Assembly (NCBI GenBank): GCA_964016885.1
Contig: OZ024742.1
Location: 360,592,001 to 360,656,000 of the forward strand
Reading direction: 5' to 3'
From: Eledone cirrhosa
Lineage: Eukaryota
Length of the DNA: 64,000 nt
This document shows, piece after piece, positions 38,901-52,740 of the stretch. Under the pieces are notes generated by a model that was not told where the DNA came from, searched no databases, and was given only the letters and a program-made list of their open reading frames with translations. Position 1 is the first letter of the stretch. Each line of letters opens with the position of its first letter. Made by a program: the position numbers and the translations under genes.

Positions 38901-41900
38901 GGGAAGAAGAGATAATTCTAGAGAGAGGGGGAAGAAGAGATAGATCTAGAGAGAGGGGGAAGAAGTGATAGTTCTAGAAAGAGGGGGAAGAAGAGATAGT
39001 TCTAGAGAGAAAGGTAGGGAGAAGAGATAGTTATATATAGAGGGGGGAGAAGAGATAGTTCTAGAGAGAGTGGGGAAGAAGAGATAGTTGTAGAGAGAGG
39101 GGGGAAGAAGAGATAGATCTAGAGAGAAGGGGAAGAAGAGACAGTTGTAAAGAGAGGGGGAAGAAGAGATAGTTCTAGAGACAGGGGGAAGAAGCGATAT
39201 TTCTAGCGAGAGGGGGGAGAAGAGATAGTTCTATAGAGAGGGGAGTGAGAGATAATTCTAGAGAGAGGGGGAAGAACAGATAGTTCTAGAGAGAAGGGGA
39301 AGAGGAGATAGTTCTTGAGCGAGGTGGGAAGAAGAGATAGTTCTAAAGAGAGGGGGAAGAAGAGATAGTTCTAGAGAGAGGGGAAAGAAGAGATAGTTCT
39401 AGAGAGAGTGGGGAAGAAGAGATAGTTCTAGAGAGAGGGGGAAGAAGAGATAGTTCTAGAGAGTGGGGGGAAGAAGAGATAGTTCTAGAGAGGGGGGGGG
39501 GAATAAGAGATAGTTCTAGAGAGAGGGGGAAAAGAGATAGTTCTAGAGGGAGGGGTAAAAGAGATAGTTCTAGAGAGAGGGGGGAAGTAGATATAGTTCT
39601 AGAGAGAGGGGGAAGAAGAGATAATTCTAGAGAGAGGGGGGAAGTAGATATAGTTCCAGATAGAGAGGGGGAAAAGAAATAGTTCTAGAGAGAGGGGGGA
39701 AGAAGAGATAGTTCTATAGAGAGGGGGAAGAAGAGATAGTTCTAGAGAGAGGGGTGAAGAAGAGATAGTTCTAGAGAGAGGGGGATGAAGAGATAGTTCT
39801 AGAGAGAGGAGGGGAAGAAGAGATCGTTCTAGAGAGAGGGGGAAGAAGAGATAGTTCTAGAGAGTGGGGGAAAGAAGAGATAGTTGTAGAGAGGGGGGGG
39901 GGAATAAGAGATAGTTCTAGAGAGAGGGGTAAAAGAGATAGTTCTAGAGAGAGGGGGGAAGTAGATATAGTTCTAGAGGGAGGGGGAAGAAGAGATAATT
40001 CTAGAGAGAGGGGGGAAGTAGATATAGTTCCAGATAGAGAGGGGGAAAAGAAATAGTTGTAGAGAGATGGGGGAAGAAGAGATAGTTCTAGAGAGAGGCG
40101 GAAGAAGAGATAGTTCTAGAGAGAGGGGTGAAGAAGAGATAGTTCTAGAGAGAGGGGGATGAAGAGATAGTTCTAGAGAGAGGAGGGGAAGAAGAGATAG
40201 TTCTAGAGAGGGGGGGGGGATAAGAGATAGTTCTAGAGAGAGGGGGAAAAGAGATAGTTCTAGAGAGAGGGGGAACAAGAGATAGTTCTAGAGGGAGAGG
40301 GGAAGTAGATATAGGTCCAGAGAGAGAGGGGGAAAAGAAATAGTTCTAAAGAGAGGGGGGAAGAAGAGATAGTTGTAGAGAGAGGGGGAAGAGGAGATAG
40401 TTCTAGAGAGAGGGGTGAAGAAGAGATAGTTCGATAGAGAGGGTGAAAGAAGAGATAGTTCTAGAGAGAGGGGGTAAGAAGAGATAGTTCTAGAGAGAGG
40501 GGGAAGAAGATATAGTTCTAGAGAGAGGGGTGTAGAAGAGACAGTTCTAGAGAGAGGAGAGAAGAAGAGATAGTTCTAGAGAGAGGGGGAAGAAGAGATA
40601 GTTCTAGGGAGAGGGGGGAAGAAGAGATAGTTCTAGAGGGAGTGGGAAGAAGAGATAGTTCTAGAGAGAGTGGGAAGAAGAGATAGTTCTAGAGAGAGGG
40701 GGGAAGAAGAGATAGTTCTAGAGAGAGGGGGGAAGAAGAGATAGTTATATAGAGAGGGGAGAAGGAGAGATAGTTCTAGATGGAACGGGAAGGAGACATA
40801 GTTCTAGAGGGAGGGGGAGGGAGTAGAGATAGTTCTATAGAGAGGAGGAACAAGAGATAGTTCTAGAGAGAAAGAGAGTAGAAGAGATAGTTCTAGAGAG
40901 AGGGGGGATGTAGATATAGTCCCAGAGAGAGAGGGTAAAAGAGATAATTCTAGAGAGAGGTGGAAGAAGAGATAGTTCTAGAGACAGGTGAAAGAAGAGA
41001 TAGTTCTAGAGAGAGGGGGATAAGAGATAGTTCTAGAGAGAGGGGGAAGAAGAGATAGTTCTAGAGAGAGGGGGAAAAGAGTTAATTCTAGAGAGGGGGA
41101 TGAAGAGATAGTTCTAGAGAGAGGGGGAACAAGAGATAGTTCTAGAGAGAGGGGGAAGAAGAGATAGTTCTAGAGAGAGGGGGAGAAGTGATAGTTCTAG
41201 AGAGAGGGGGAGAAGAACATATAGTTCTAGAGAGGGGGGAATAAGAGATAGTTATATAGAGGGGATGAAGAGATAGTTCTAGAGAGAGGGGGAAGAAGCG
41301 ATAGTTCTAGAGAGAGGGGGAACAAGAGATAGTTCTAGAGAGAGGGGGGAAGAAGAGATAGTTCTAGAGAGGGGGGGGGGAATAAGAGATAGTTCTAGAG
41401 AGAGGGCGAAAAGAGATAGTTCTAGAGAGAGGGGGAAGAAGTGATAGTTCTAGAGAGAGGGGGAAGAAGAGATAGTTCTAGAGAGATGGGGAAGAAGAGA
41501 TAGTTCTAGAGAGAGGGGTAAAAGTGATAGTTCTAGAGAGAGGGGGGAAGTAGATATAGTTCTAGGAAGGGGGTAAGAAGAGATAGTTCTAGAGAGAGGG
41601 GGAAGAAGAGATAATTCTAGAGAGGGGGGAAGAAGAGATAGTTCTAGAGAGAGGGGGATAAAGAGATAGTTCTAGAGAGAGAGGGGAAGCAGATATAGTT
41701 CCAGAGAGAGAGGGGGAAAAGAAATAGTTCTAAAGAGAGGGGGGAAGAAGAGATAGTTGTAGAGAGAGGGGGAAGAAGAGATAGTTCTAGAGAGAGGAGT
41801 GAAGAAGAGATAGTTCTAGAGAGAGGGGGGAAGAAGAGATAGTTCTAGAGAGAAGAAGAGATAGTTCTAGAGAGAGGGGTGAAGAAGAGATAGTTCTAGA

Positions 41901-44900
41901 GAGGGGCGTAGAAGAGATAGTTCTAGAGAGAGAGGGTAGAAGAGATAGTTCTAGAGAGAGGGGGAAGAAGAGATAGTTCTATTGAGTGAGGGAAGAAGAG
42001 AGTGTTCTAGAGAAAGAGGGAAGAGATAGTTCTAGAGAGAGGGGGAAGAAGAGATAGTACTAGAGAGATGGGGGTGGGGAAGAAGAGATAGTTCTAGAGA
42101 GAGGGGGTAAGAAGAGATAGTTCTAGAGAGAGGGGGAAGAAGATATAGTTCTAGAGAGAGGGTGGGCGGAGAAGATATAGTTCTAGAGAGAGGGGTGTAG
42201 AAGAGACAGTTCTAGAGAGAGGAGAGAAGAAGAGATAGTTCTAGAGAGAGGGGGAAGAAGAGATAGTTCTAGAGAGAGCGGGATAGAAGAGATAGTTCTA
42301 GAGAGAGGGGGAAGAAGAGATAGTTCTAGAGAGAGGAGGGAAGAAGAGATAGTTCTAGAGAGAGTGGGAAGAAGAGATAGTTCTAGAGAGAGGGGGAAGA
42401 AGAGATAGTTCTAGAGAGAGGGGGGAAGAAGAGATAGTTCTAGAGAGAGGGGGGAAGAAGAGATAGTTATAGAGAGAGGGCAGAAGAAGAGATAGTTCTA
42501 GATGGAACGGGAAGGAGACATAGTTCTAGAGGGAGGGGGAGGGAGTAGAGATAGTTCTAGAGAGAGGAGGAACAAGAGATAGTTCTAGAGAGAAAGAGAG
42601 AAGAAGAGATAGTTCTAGAGAGAGGGGGGATGTAGATATAGTTCCAGAGAGAGAGGGTAAAAGAGATAATTCTAGAGAGAGGGGGAAGAAGAGATAGTTC
42701 TAGAGACAGGGGAAAGAAGAGATAGTTCTAGAGGAAGGGGGATAAGAGATAGTTCTAGAGAGAGGGGGAAGAAGAGATAGTTCTAGAGAGAGGGGGAAAA
42801 GAGTTAGTTCTAGAGAGGGGGATGAAGAGATAGTTCTAGAGAGAGGGGGAACAAGAGATAGTTCTAGAGTGAGGGGGAAGAAGAGATAGTTCTAGAGAGA
42901 GGGGGAGAAGTGATAGTTCTAGAGAGAGGGGGAGAAGAACATATAGTTCTAGAGATGGGGGAATAAGAGATAGTTATATAGAGGGGGGTAAGAAGAGATA
43001 GTTCTAGAGAGAGGGGTAAAAGAGATAGTTCTATAGAGAGGGGGGAAGTAGATATAGTTCTAGAGAGAGGGGGAAGAAGAGATAGTTCTAGAGAGAATGG
43101 GAAGAAGAGATAATTCTAGAGAGAGGGGGAAGAAGAGATAGTTCTAGAGAGAGGGGGAAGAAGAGATAGTTCTAGAGAGAGGGGGGAAGAAGAGATAGTT
43201 CTACAGAGAAAGGTAGGGAGAAGAGATAGTTATATATAGAGGGGGGGGGGAGAAGAGATAGTTCTAGAGAGAGTGGGGAAGAAGAGATAGTTGTAGAGAG
43301 AGGGGGGGAAGAAGAGATAGTTCTAGAGACAGGGGGAAGAAGCGATATTTCTAGCGAGAGAGGGGAGAAGAGATAGTTCTATAGAGAGGGGAGTGAGAGA
43401 TAATTCTAGAGAGAGGGGGAAGAACAGATAGTTCTAGAGAGAAGGGGAAGAGGAGATAGTTCTAGAGCGAGGTGGGAAGAAGAGATAGTTCTAAAGAGAG
43501 GGGGAAGAAGAGATAGTTCTAGAGAGAGGGGAAAGAAGAGATAGTTCTAGAGAGAGTGGGGAAGAAGAGATAGTTCTAGCGAGAGTGGGGAAGAAGAGAT
43601 AGTTCTAGAGAGAGGTGGGAAGAAGAGATAGTTCTAGAGAGTGGGGGGAAGAAGAGATAGTTGTAGAGAGGGGGGGCGGAATAAGAGATAGTTCTAGAGA
43701 GAGGGGGAAAAGTGATAGTTCTAGAGGGAGGGGTAAAAGAGATAGTTCTAGAGAGAGGGGGGGAAGTAGATATAGTTCTAGAGAGAGGGGAAAGAAGAGA
43801 TAATTCTAGAGAGAGGGGGGAAGTAGATATAGTTCCAGATAGAGAGGGGGAAAAGAAATAGTTCTAGAGAGAGGGGGGAAGAAGAGATAGTTCTAGAGAG
43901 AGGGGGAAGAAGAGATAGTCCTAGAGAGAGGGGTGAAGAAGAAATAGTTCTAGAGAGAGGGGGAAGAAGAGATAGTTCTAGAGAGAGGGGGGGAAGAAGA
44001 GATAGTTCTAGAGAGGGGGGGGGGGATAAGAGATAGTTCTAGAGAGGGGGGGGGGGGAATAAGAGATAGTTCTAGAGAGAGGGGGAAAAGAGGTAGTTCT
44101 AGAGAGAGGGGGAACAAGAGATAGTTCTAGAGAGAGAGGGGAAGTAGATATAGGTCCAGAGAGAGAGGGGGAAAAGAAATAGTTCTAAAGAGAGGGGGGA
44201 AGAAGAGATAGTTGTAGAGAGAGGGGGAAGAAGAGATAGTTCTAGAGATAGGGGTGAAGAAGAGATAGTTCTAGAGAGAGGGGGGAAGAAGAGATAGTTC
44301 TAGAGAGAAGAAGAGATAGTTCTAGAGAGAGGGTTGAAGAAGAGATAGTTCTAGAGAGAGGGGGAAAAAGAGATAGTTCTAGAGAGAGAGGAGAAGCAGA
44401 TATAGTTCCAGAGAGAGAGGGGTAAAAGAAATAGTTCTAAAGAGAGGGGGGAAGAAGAGATAGTTGTAGAGAGAGGGGTGAAGAAGGGATAGTTCTAGAG
44501 AGAGGGGGGAAGAAGAGATAGTTCTAGAGAGAAGAAGAGATAGTTCTAGAGAGAGGGGTGAAGAAGAGATAGTTCTAGAGAGGGGGGTAGAAGAGATAGT
44601 TCTAGAGAAAGAGGGAAGAAGAGATAGTTCTAGAGAGAGGGGGGAAGAAGAGATAGTTCTATTGAGTGAGGGAAGAAGAGAGTGTTCTAGAGAAAGAGGG
44701 AAGAGATAGTTCTAGAGAGAGGGGGAAGAAGAGATAGTACTAGAGAGATGGGGGTGGGGAAGAAGAGATAGTTCTAGAGAGAGGGGGTAAGAAGAGATAG
44801 TTCTAGAGAGAGAGGGAAGAAGACATAGTTCTAGAGAGAGGGGGGAAGAAGAGATAGTTCTATTGAGTGAGGGAAGAAGAGAGTGTTCTAGAGAAAGAGG

Positions 44901-47900
44901 GAAGAGATAGTTCTAGAGAGAGGGGGAAGAAGAGATAGTACTAGAGAGATGGGGGTGGGGAAGAAGAGATAGTTCTAGAGAGAGGGGGTAAGAAGAGATA
45001 GTTCTAGAGAGAGGGGGAAGAAGATATAGTTCTAGAGAGAGGGGGGGCGGAGAAGATATAGTTCTAGAGAGAGGGGTGTAGAAGAGACAGTTCTAGAGAG
45101 AGGAGAGAAGAAGAGATAGTTCTAGAGAGAAGGGGAAGAAGAGATAGTTCTAGAGAGAGCGGGATAGAAGAGATAGTTCTAGAGAGAGGGGGAAGAAGAG
45201 ATAGTTCTAGAGAGAGGGGGAAGAAGAGATAGTTCTAGAGAGAGGGGGAAGAAGAGATATTTCTAGAGAGAGGGGGAAGAAGAGATAGTTCTAGAGAGAG
45301 GGGGGAAGAAGAGATAGTTCTAGAGAGAGGGGGGAAGAAGAGATAGTTCTAGAGAGAGGGGAGAAGAAGAGATAGTTCTAGATGGAACGGGAAGGAGACA
45401 TAGTTCTAGAGGGAGGGGGAGGGAGTAGAGATAGTTCTAGAGAGAGGAGGAACAAGAGATAGATCTAGAGAGAAAGAGAGAAGAAGAGATAGTTCTAGAG
45501 AGAGGGGGGATGTAGATATAGTTCCAGAGAGAGAGGGTAAAAGAGATAATTCTAGAGAGAGGGGGAAGAAGAGATAGTTCTAGAGACAGGGGAAAGAAGA
45601 GATAGTTCTAGAGAGAGGTGGATAAGAGATAGTTCTAGAGAGAGGGGGAAGAAGAGATAGTTCTAGAGAGAGGGGGAAAAGAGTTAGTTCTAGAGAGGGG
45701 ATGAAGAGATAGTTCTAGAGAGAGGGGGAAGAAGAGATATTTCTAGAGAGAGGGGGAAGAAGAGATAGTTCTAGAGAGAGGGGGAGAAGTGATAGTTCTA
45801 GAGAGAGGGGGAGAAGAACATATAGTTCTAGAGAGGGGGGGAATAAGAGATAGTTATATAGAGGGGGGTAAGAAGAGATAGTTCTAGAGAGAGGGGTAAA
45901 AGAGATAGTTCTATAGAGAGGGGGGAAGTAGATATAGTTCTAGAGAGAGGGGGAAGAAGAGATAGTTCTAGAGAGAATGGGAAGAACAGATAATTCTAGA
46001 GAGAGGGGGAAGAACAGATAGTTCTAGAGAGAGGGGGAAGAAGAGATAGTTCTAGAGAGAGGGGGGAAGAAGAGATAGTTCTACAGAGAAAGGTAGGGAG
46101 AAGAGATAGTTATATATAGAGGGGGGAGAAGAGATAGTTCTAGAGAGAGTGGGGAAGAAGAGATAGTTCTAGAGAGAGGGGGAAGAGGAGATAGTTCTAG
46201 AGCGAGGTGGGAAGAAAAGATAGTTCTAAGGAGAGGGGGAAGAAGAGATAGTTCTAGAGAGGGGGGAAGAAGAGATAGTTCTAGCGAGAGTGGGGAAGAA
46301 GAGATAGTTCTAGAGAGAGGGGGAAGAAGAGATAGTTCTAGAGAGTGGGGGGAAGAAGAGATAGTTGTAGAGAGGGGGGGAATAAGAGATAGTTCTAGAG
46401 AGAGGGGGAAGAAGAGATAGTTCTAGAGAGTGGGGGGAAGAAGAGATAGTTCTAGAGGAAGGGGTAAAAGAGATAGTTCTAGAGAGAGGGGGGAAGTAGA
46501 TATAGTTCTAGAGAGAGGGGGAAGAAGAGATAATTCTACAGAGAGGGTGGAAGTAGATATAGTTCCAGATAGAGAGGGGGGAAGTATATATAGTTCCAGA
46601 TAGAGAGGGGGAAAAGAAATAGTTCTAGAGAGAGGGGGGAAGAAGAGATAGTTCTAGAGAGAGGGGGAAGAAGAGATAGTTCTAGAGACAGGGGTGAAGA
46701 AGAAATAGTTCTAGAGAGAGGGGGAAGAAGAGATAGTTCTAGAGAGAGGGGGGAAGAAGAGATAGTTCTAGAGAGGGGGGGGATAAGAGATAGTTCTAGA
46801 GAGAGGTGGAAAAGAGATAGTTCTAGAGAGAGGGGGAACAAGAGATAGTTCTAGAGAGAGAGGGGAAGTAGATATAGGTCCAGAGAGAGAGGGGGAAAAG
46901 AAATAGTTCTAAAGAGAGGGGGGAAGAAGAGATAGTTGTAGAGAGAGGCGGAAGAAGAGATAATTCTAGAGATAGGGGTGAAGAAGAGATAGTTCTAGAG
47001 AGAGGGGGGAAGAAGAGATAGTTCTAGAGAGAAGAAGAGATAGTTCTAGAGAGAGGGGTGAAGAAGAGATAGTTCTAGAGAGAGGGGGAAGAAGAGATAG
47101 TTCTAGAGAGAGGGGAGGGAGAAGGGATAGTTCTATTGAGTGGGGGAAGAAGAGAGTGTTCTAGAGGAAGAGGGAAGAGATAGTTCTAGAGAGAGGGGGA
47201 AGAGGAGATAGTACTAGAGAGATGGGGGTGAGGAAGAAGAGATAGCTCTAGAGAGAGGGGGAGAAGAGATAGTTCTAGAGAGCGGGGGAAGAAGAGATAG
47301 TTCTAGAGAGAGGGGGTAAGAAGAGATAGTTCTAGAGAGAAGGGGAAGAAGATATAGTTCTAGAGAGAGGGGGGCGGAGAAGATATAGTTCTAGAGAGAG
47401 GGGTGTAGAAGAGCCTGTTCTATAGAGAGGAGAGAAGAAGAGATAGTTCTAGAGAGAGGGGGAAGATGAGATAGTTCTAGAGAGAGCGGGATAGAAGAGG
47501 TAGTTCTAGAGAGAGGGGGAAAAGAGTTAGTTCTAGAGAGAGGGGGATGAAGAGAGAGTTTTAGAGAGAGGGGGAAGAAGAGATAGTTCTAGAGAGAGGG
47601 GGAACAAGAGATAGTTCTAGAGAGAGAGGGAAGAAGAGATAATTCTAGAGAGAGGGGGGAGAAAAGATAGTTCTAGAGAGAGGAGGAGAAGAAGAGATAG
47701 TTCTAGAGCGGGGGAATAAGAGATAGTTCTATAGAGGGGGGTAAGAAGAGATAGTTCTAGAGAGAGGGGGAAAAGAGTTAGTTCTAGAGAGGGGGATGAA
47801 GAGATTGTTCTAGAGAGAGTGGGAACAAGAGATAGTTCTAGAGAGAGGGGAAGAAGAGATAGTTCTAGAGAGAGGGGGAGAAGTGATAGTTCTAGAGAGA

Positions 47901-49910
47901 GGGGGAGAAGAACATATAGTTCTAGAGAGGGGGGAATAAGAGATAGTTATATAGAGGGGGATGAAGAGATAGTTCTAGAGAGAGGGGGAAGAAGAGATAG
48001 TTCTAGAGAGAGGGGGAACAAGAGATAGTTCTATAGAGAGGGGGGAAGTAGATATAGTTCTAGAGAGAGGGGGAAGAAGAGATAGTTCTAGAGAGAATGG
48101 GAAGAAGAGATAATTCTAGAGAGAGGGGGAAGAAGAGATAGTTCTAGAGAGAGGTGGAAGAAGAGATAGTTCTAGAGAGAGGGGGGAAGAAGAGATAGTT
48201 CTACAGAGAAAGGTAGGGAGAAGAGATAGTTATATATAGAGGGGGGAGAAGAGATAGTTCTAGAGAGAGTGGGGAAGAAGAGATAGTTGTAGAGAGAGGC
48301 GGGAAAAAGAGATAGTTCTAGAGAGAGGGGGAAGAAGAGACAGTTGTAGAGACAGGGGGAAGAAGAAATAGTTCTAGAGACAGGGGGAAGAAGCGATATT
48401 TCTAGCGAGAAGGGGGAGAAGAGATAGTTCTATAGCGAGGGGAGTGAGAGATAATTCTAGAGAGAGGGGGAAGAACAGATAGTTCTAGAGAGAAGGGGAA
48501 GAGGAGATAGTTCTAGAGCGAGGTGGGAAGAAGAAATAGTTCTAAAGAGAGGGGGAAGAAGAGATAGTTCTAGAGAGAGGGGAAAGAAGAGATAGTTCTA
48601 GAGAGAGGGGGGAAGAAGAGATAGTTCTTGCGAGAGTGGGGAAGAAGAGATAGTTCTAGAGAGAGGGGGAAGAAGAGATAGTTCTAGAGAGTGGGGGGAA
48701 GAAGAGATAGTTGTAGAGAGGGGGGGGGAATAAGAGATAGTTCTAGAGAGAGGGGGAAAAGAGATAGTTCTAGAGGGAGGCGTAAAAGAGATAGTTCTAG
48801 AGAGAGGGGGTAAGTAGATATAGTTCTAGAGAGAGGGGGAAGAAGAGATAATTCTAGAGAGAGGGGGGAAGTAGATATAGTTCCAGATAGAGAGGGGGAA
48901 AAGAAATAGTTCCAGAGAGAGGGGGGAAGAAGAGATAGTTCTAGAGAGAGGGGGAAGAAGAGATAGTTCTAGAGAGAGGGGTGAAGAAGAAATAGTTCCT
49001 GAGAGAGGGGGAAGAAGAGATAGTTCTAGAGAGAGGGGAGGAAGAAGAGATAGTTCTAGAAAGGGGGGGGGGGAATAGGAGATAGTTCTAGAGAGAGGGG
49101 GAAAGGAGATAGTTCTAGAGAGAGGGGGAACAAGAGATAGTTGTAGAGAGAGGGGGAAGAAGAGATAGTTCTAGAGATAGGGGTGAAGAAGAGATAGTTC
49201 TAGAGAGAGGAGGAACAAGAGATAGTTCTAGAGAGAAAGAGAGAAGAAGAGATAGTTCTATGGAGAGGGGGAATGTAGATATAGTTCCAGAGAGAGATGG
49301 TAAAAGAGATAGTTCTAGAGAGAGGGGGATAAGAGATAGTTCTAGAGAGAGGGGGAAGAAGAGATAGTTCTAGAGAGAGGGGGAGAAGAACATATAGTTC
49401 TAGAGAGGGGGGAATAAGAGATAGTTATATAGAGGGGGATGAAGAGATAGTTCTAGAGAGAGTGGGAAGAAGAGATAGTTCTAGAGAGAGGGGGAACAAG
49501 AGATAGTTCTAGAGAGGGGGTGGGATAAGTGATAGTTCTAGAGAGAGGGCGAAAAGAGATAGTTCTAGAGTGAGGGGGAGGAAGTGATAGTTCTAGAGAG
49601 AGGGGGAAGAAGAGATAGTTCTAGAGAGAGGGGGAAGAAGAGATAGTTCTAGAGAGAGGGGTAAAAGTGATAGTTCTATAGAGAGGGGGGAAGTAGATAT
49701 AGTTCTAGGAAGGGGGTAAGAAGAGATAGTTCTAGAGAGAGGGGGAAGAAGAGATAATTCTAGAGAGAGGGGGAAAAAGAGATAGTTCTAGAGAGAGAGG
49801 GGAAGCAGATATAGTTCCAGAGAGAGAGGGGGAAAAGAAATAGTTCTAAAGAGAGGGGGGAAGAAGAGATAGTTGTAGAGAGAGGGGGAAGAAGAGATAG
49901 TTCTAGAGGG

Positions 49911-49955
49911 GGAACAAGAGAGGAACAAGAGAGGAACAAGAGGGGGAACAAGAGA
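49911..49955 (+). repeat. Nested 11-bp micro-array (GGAACAAGAGA)x4 lacking the TAGTTCTA core
   Basis: GGAACAAGAG starts at 49911, 49922, 49933 and 49945. Confidence 0.9.
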
Positions 49956-52537
49956 GAGGGGGGAAGAAGAGATAGTTCTAGAGAGAAGAAGAGATAGTTC
50001 TAGAGAGAGGGGTGAAGAAGAGATAGTTCTAGAGAGGGGGGTAAAAGAGATAGTTCTAGAGAGAGAGGGAAGAAGAGATAGTTCTAGAGAGAGGGGGGAA
50101 GAAGAGATAGTTCTATTGAGTGAGGGAAGAAGAGAGTGTTCTAGAGAAAGTGGGAAGAGATAGTTCTAGAGAGAGGGGGAAGAAGAGATAGTACTAGAGA
50201 GATGGGGTTGGGGAAGAAGAGATAGTTCTAGAGAGAGGGGGTAAGAAGAGATAGTTCTAGAGAGAGGGGGAAGAAGATATAGCTCTAGAGAGAGGGGGGG
50301 CGGAGAAGATATAGTTCTAGAGAGAGGGGTGTAGAAGAGACAGTTCTAGAGAGAGGAGAGAAGAAGAGATAGTTCTAGAGAGAGGGGGAAGAGATAGTTC
50401 TAGAGAGAGCGGGATAGAAGAGATAGTTCTAGAGAGAGGGGGAAGAAGAGATAGTTCTACAGAGAGGGGGGAAGAAGAGATAGTTCTAGAGAGAGGGGGA
50501 AGAAGAGATAGTTCTAGAGAGAGGGGGAAGAAGAGATAGTTCTAGAGAGAGGGGGGAAGAAGAGATAGTTCTAGAGAGAGGGGGAAGAAGAGATAGTTCT
50601 AGAGAGAGGGGGAAGAAGAGATAGTTCTAGAGAGAGGGGGGAAGAAGAGATAGTTCTACAGAGAAAGGTAGGGAGAAGAGATAGTTATATATAGAGGGGG
50701 GAGAAGAGATAGTTCTAGAGAGAGTGGGGAAGAAGAGATAGTTGTAGAGAGAGGGGGGAAGAAGAGATAGTTCTAGAGAGAGGGGGAAGAAGAGACAGTT
50801 GTAGAGAGAGGGGGAAGAAGAGATAGTTCTAGAGACAGGGGAAGAAACGATATTTCTAGCGAGAGGGGGGAGAAGAGATAGTTCTATAGAGAGGGGAGTG
50901 AGAGATAATTGTAGAGAGAGGGGGAAGAACAGATAGTTCTAGAGAGAAGGGGAAGAGGAGATAGTTCTAGAGCGAGGTGGGAAGAAGAGATAGTTCTAAA
51001 GAGAGGGAGAAGAAGAGATAGTTCTAGAGAGAGGGGAAAGAAGAGATAGTTCTCTAGAGAGTGGGGAAGAAGAGATAGTTCTAGCGAGAGTGGGGAAGAA
51101 GAGATAGTTCTAGAGAGAGGAGGAAGAGATAGTTCTAGAGAGTGGGGGAAGAAGAGATAGTTGTAGAGAGGGGGGGGGAATAAGAGATAGTTCTAGAGAG
51201 AGGGGGAAAAGAGATAGTTCTAGAGGGAGGGGTAAAAGAGATAGTTCTAGAGAGAGGGGGGAAGTAGATATAGTTCTAGAGAGAGAGGGGGAAAAGAAAT
51301 AGTTCTAAAGAGAGGGGGGAAGAAGAGATAGTTGTAGAGAGAGGGGGAAGAAGAGATAGTTCTAGAGAGAGGGGTGAAGAAGAAATAGTTCTAGAGAGAG
51401 GGGGAAGAAGAGATAGTTCTAGAGAGAGGGGGGAAGAAGAGATAATTCTAGAGAGAGGGGGGAAGTAGATATAGTTCCAGATACAGAGGGGGAAAAGAAA
51501 TAGTTCTAGAGAGAGGGGGGAAGAAGAGATAGTTCTAGAGAGAGGGGGAAGAAGAGATAGTTCTAGAGAGAGGGGTGAAGAAGAAATAGTTCTAGAGAGA
51601 GGGGGAAGAAGAGATAGTTCTAGAGAGAGGGGGGAAGAAGAGATAGTTCTAGAGAGGGGGGGGGGGAATAAGAGATAGTTCTAGAGAGAGGGGGAAAAGA
51701 GATAGTTCTAGAGAGAGGGGGAACAAGAGATAGTTCTAGAGAGAGAGGGGATGTAGATATAGGTCCAGAGAGAGAGGGGGAAAAGAAATAGTTCTAAAGA
51801 GAGGGGGGAAGAAGAGATAGTTGTAGAGAGAGGGGGAAGAAGAGATAGTTCTACAGAGAGGGGGGAAGAAGAGATAGTTCTAGAGAGAGGGGGAAGAAGA
51901 GATAGTTCTAGAGAGAGTGGTGAAGAAGAGATAGTTCTAGAGAGAGGGGGAAGAAGAGATAGTTCTAGAGGGGTAAAAGAGATAGTTCTAGAGAGAGGGG
52001 GAAGAAGAGATAGTTCTAGAGAGTGGGGGGAAGAAGAGATAATTCTAGAGAGAGGGGGGGAAAAGAGATAGTTCTATAGAGAGGGGGAAGAAGAGATAGT
52101 TCTAGAGAGAGGGGTAAAAGAGATAGTTCTAGAGAGAGGGGGGAAGTAGATATAGTTCTAGGGAGAGGGGGAAAAGAGATAGTTCTAGAGAGAGGGGGAA
52201 GAAGAGATAGTTCTAGAGAGAGGGGGAAGAAGAGATAGTTCTAGAGAGAGGGGAAGAAGAGATAGTTCTAGAGAGAGAGAGGGAAGAAGAGATAGTGCTA
52301 GAGAGAGAGGGGGAAGAAGAGATAGTTCTAGAGAGAGAGGGAAGAAGAGATAGTGCTAGAGAGAGAGGGGAAGAAGAGATAGTTCTAGAGAGAGGGGAAG
52401 AAGAGATAGTTCTAGAGAGAGGGGGAGGAAGAGATAGTTCTAGAGAGAGGGGGGAGAAGAGATAGTTCTAGAGAGAGGGGGAGAAGAAGAGATAGTTCTA
52501 GAGAGGGGGGAATAAGAGATAGTTCTAGAGAGGGGGG

Positions 52538-52740
52538 AATAAGAGATAGTTCTAGAGAGAGAGGGAAGAAGAGATAGATCTAGAGAGGGGGGAAGAAGAG
52601 ATAGTTCTAGAGAGAGAGGGAAGAAGAGATAGATCTAGAGAGGGGGGAATAAGAGATAGTTCTAGAGAGAGAGGGAAGAAGATATAGATCTAGAGAGGGG
52701 GGAATAAGAGATAGTTCTAGAGAGAGAGGGAAGAAGATAT
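52538..52740 (+). repeat. Internal copy of the 55-bp dimer, 3 full units plus a partial one
   Basis: Units start at 52538, 52593, 52648 and 52703, with alternating TAGTTCTAG and TAGATCTAG cores. Confidence 0.88.
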
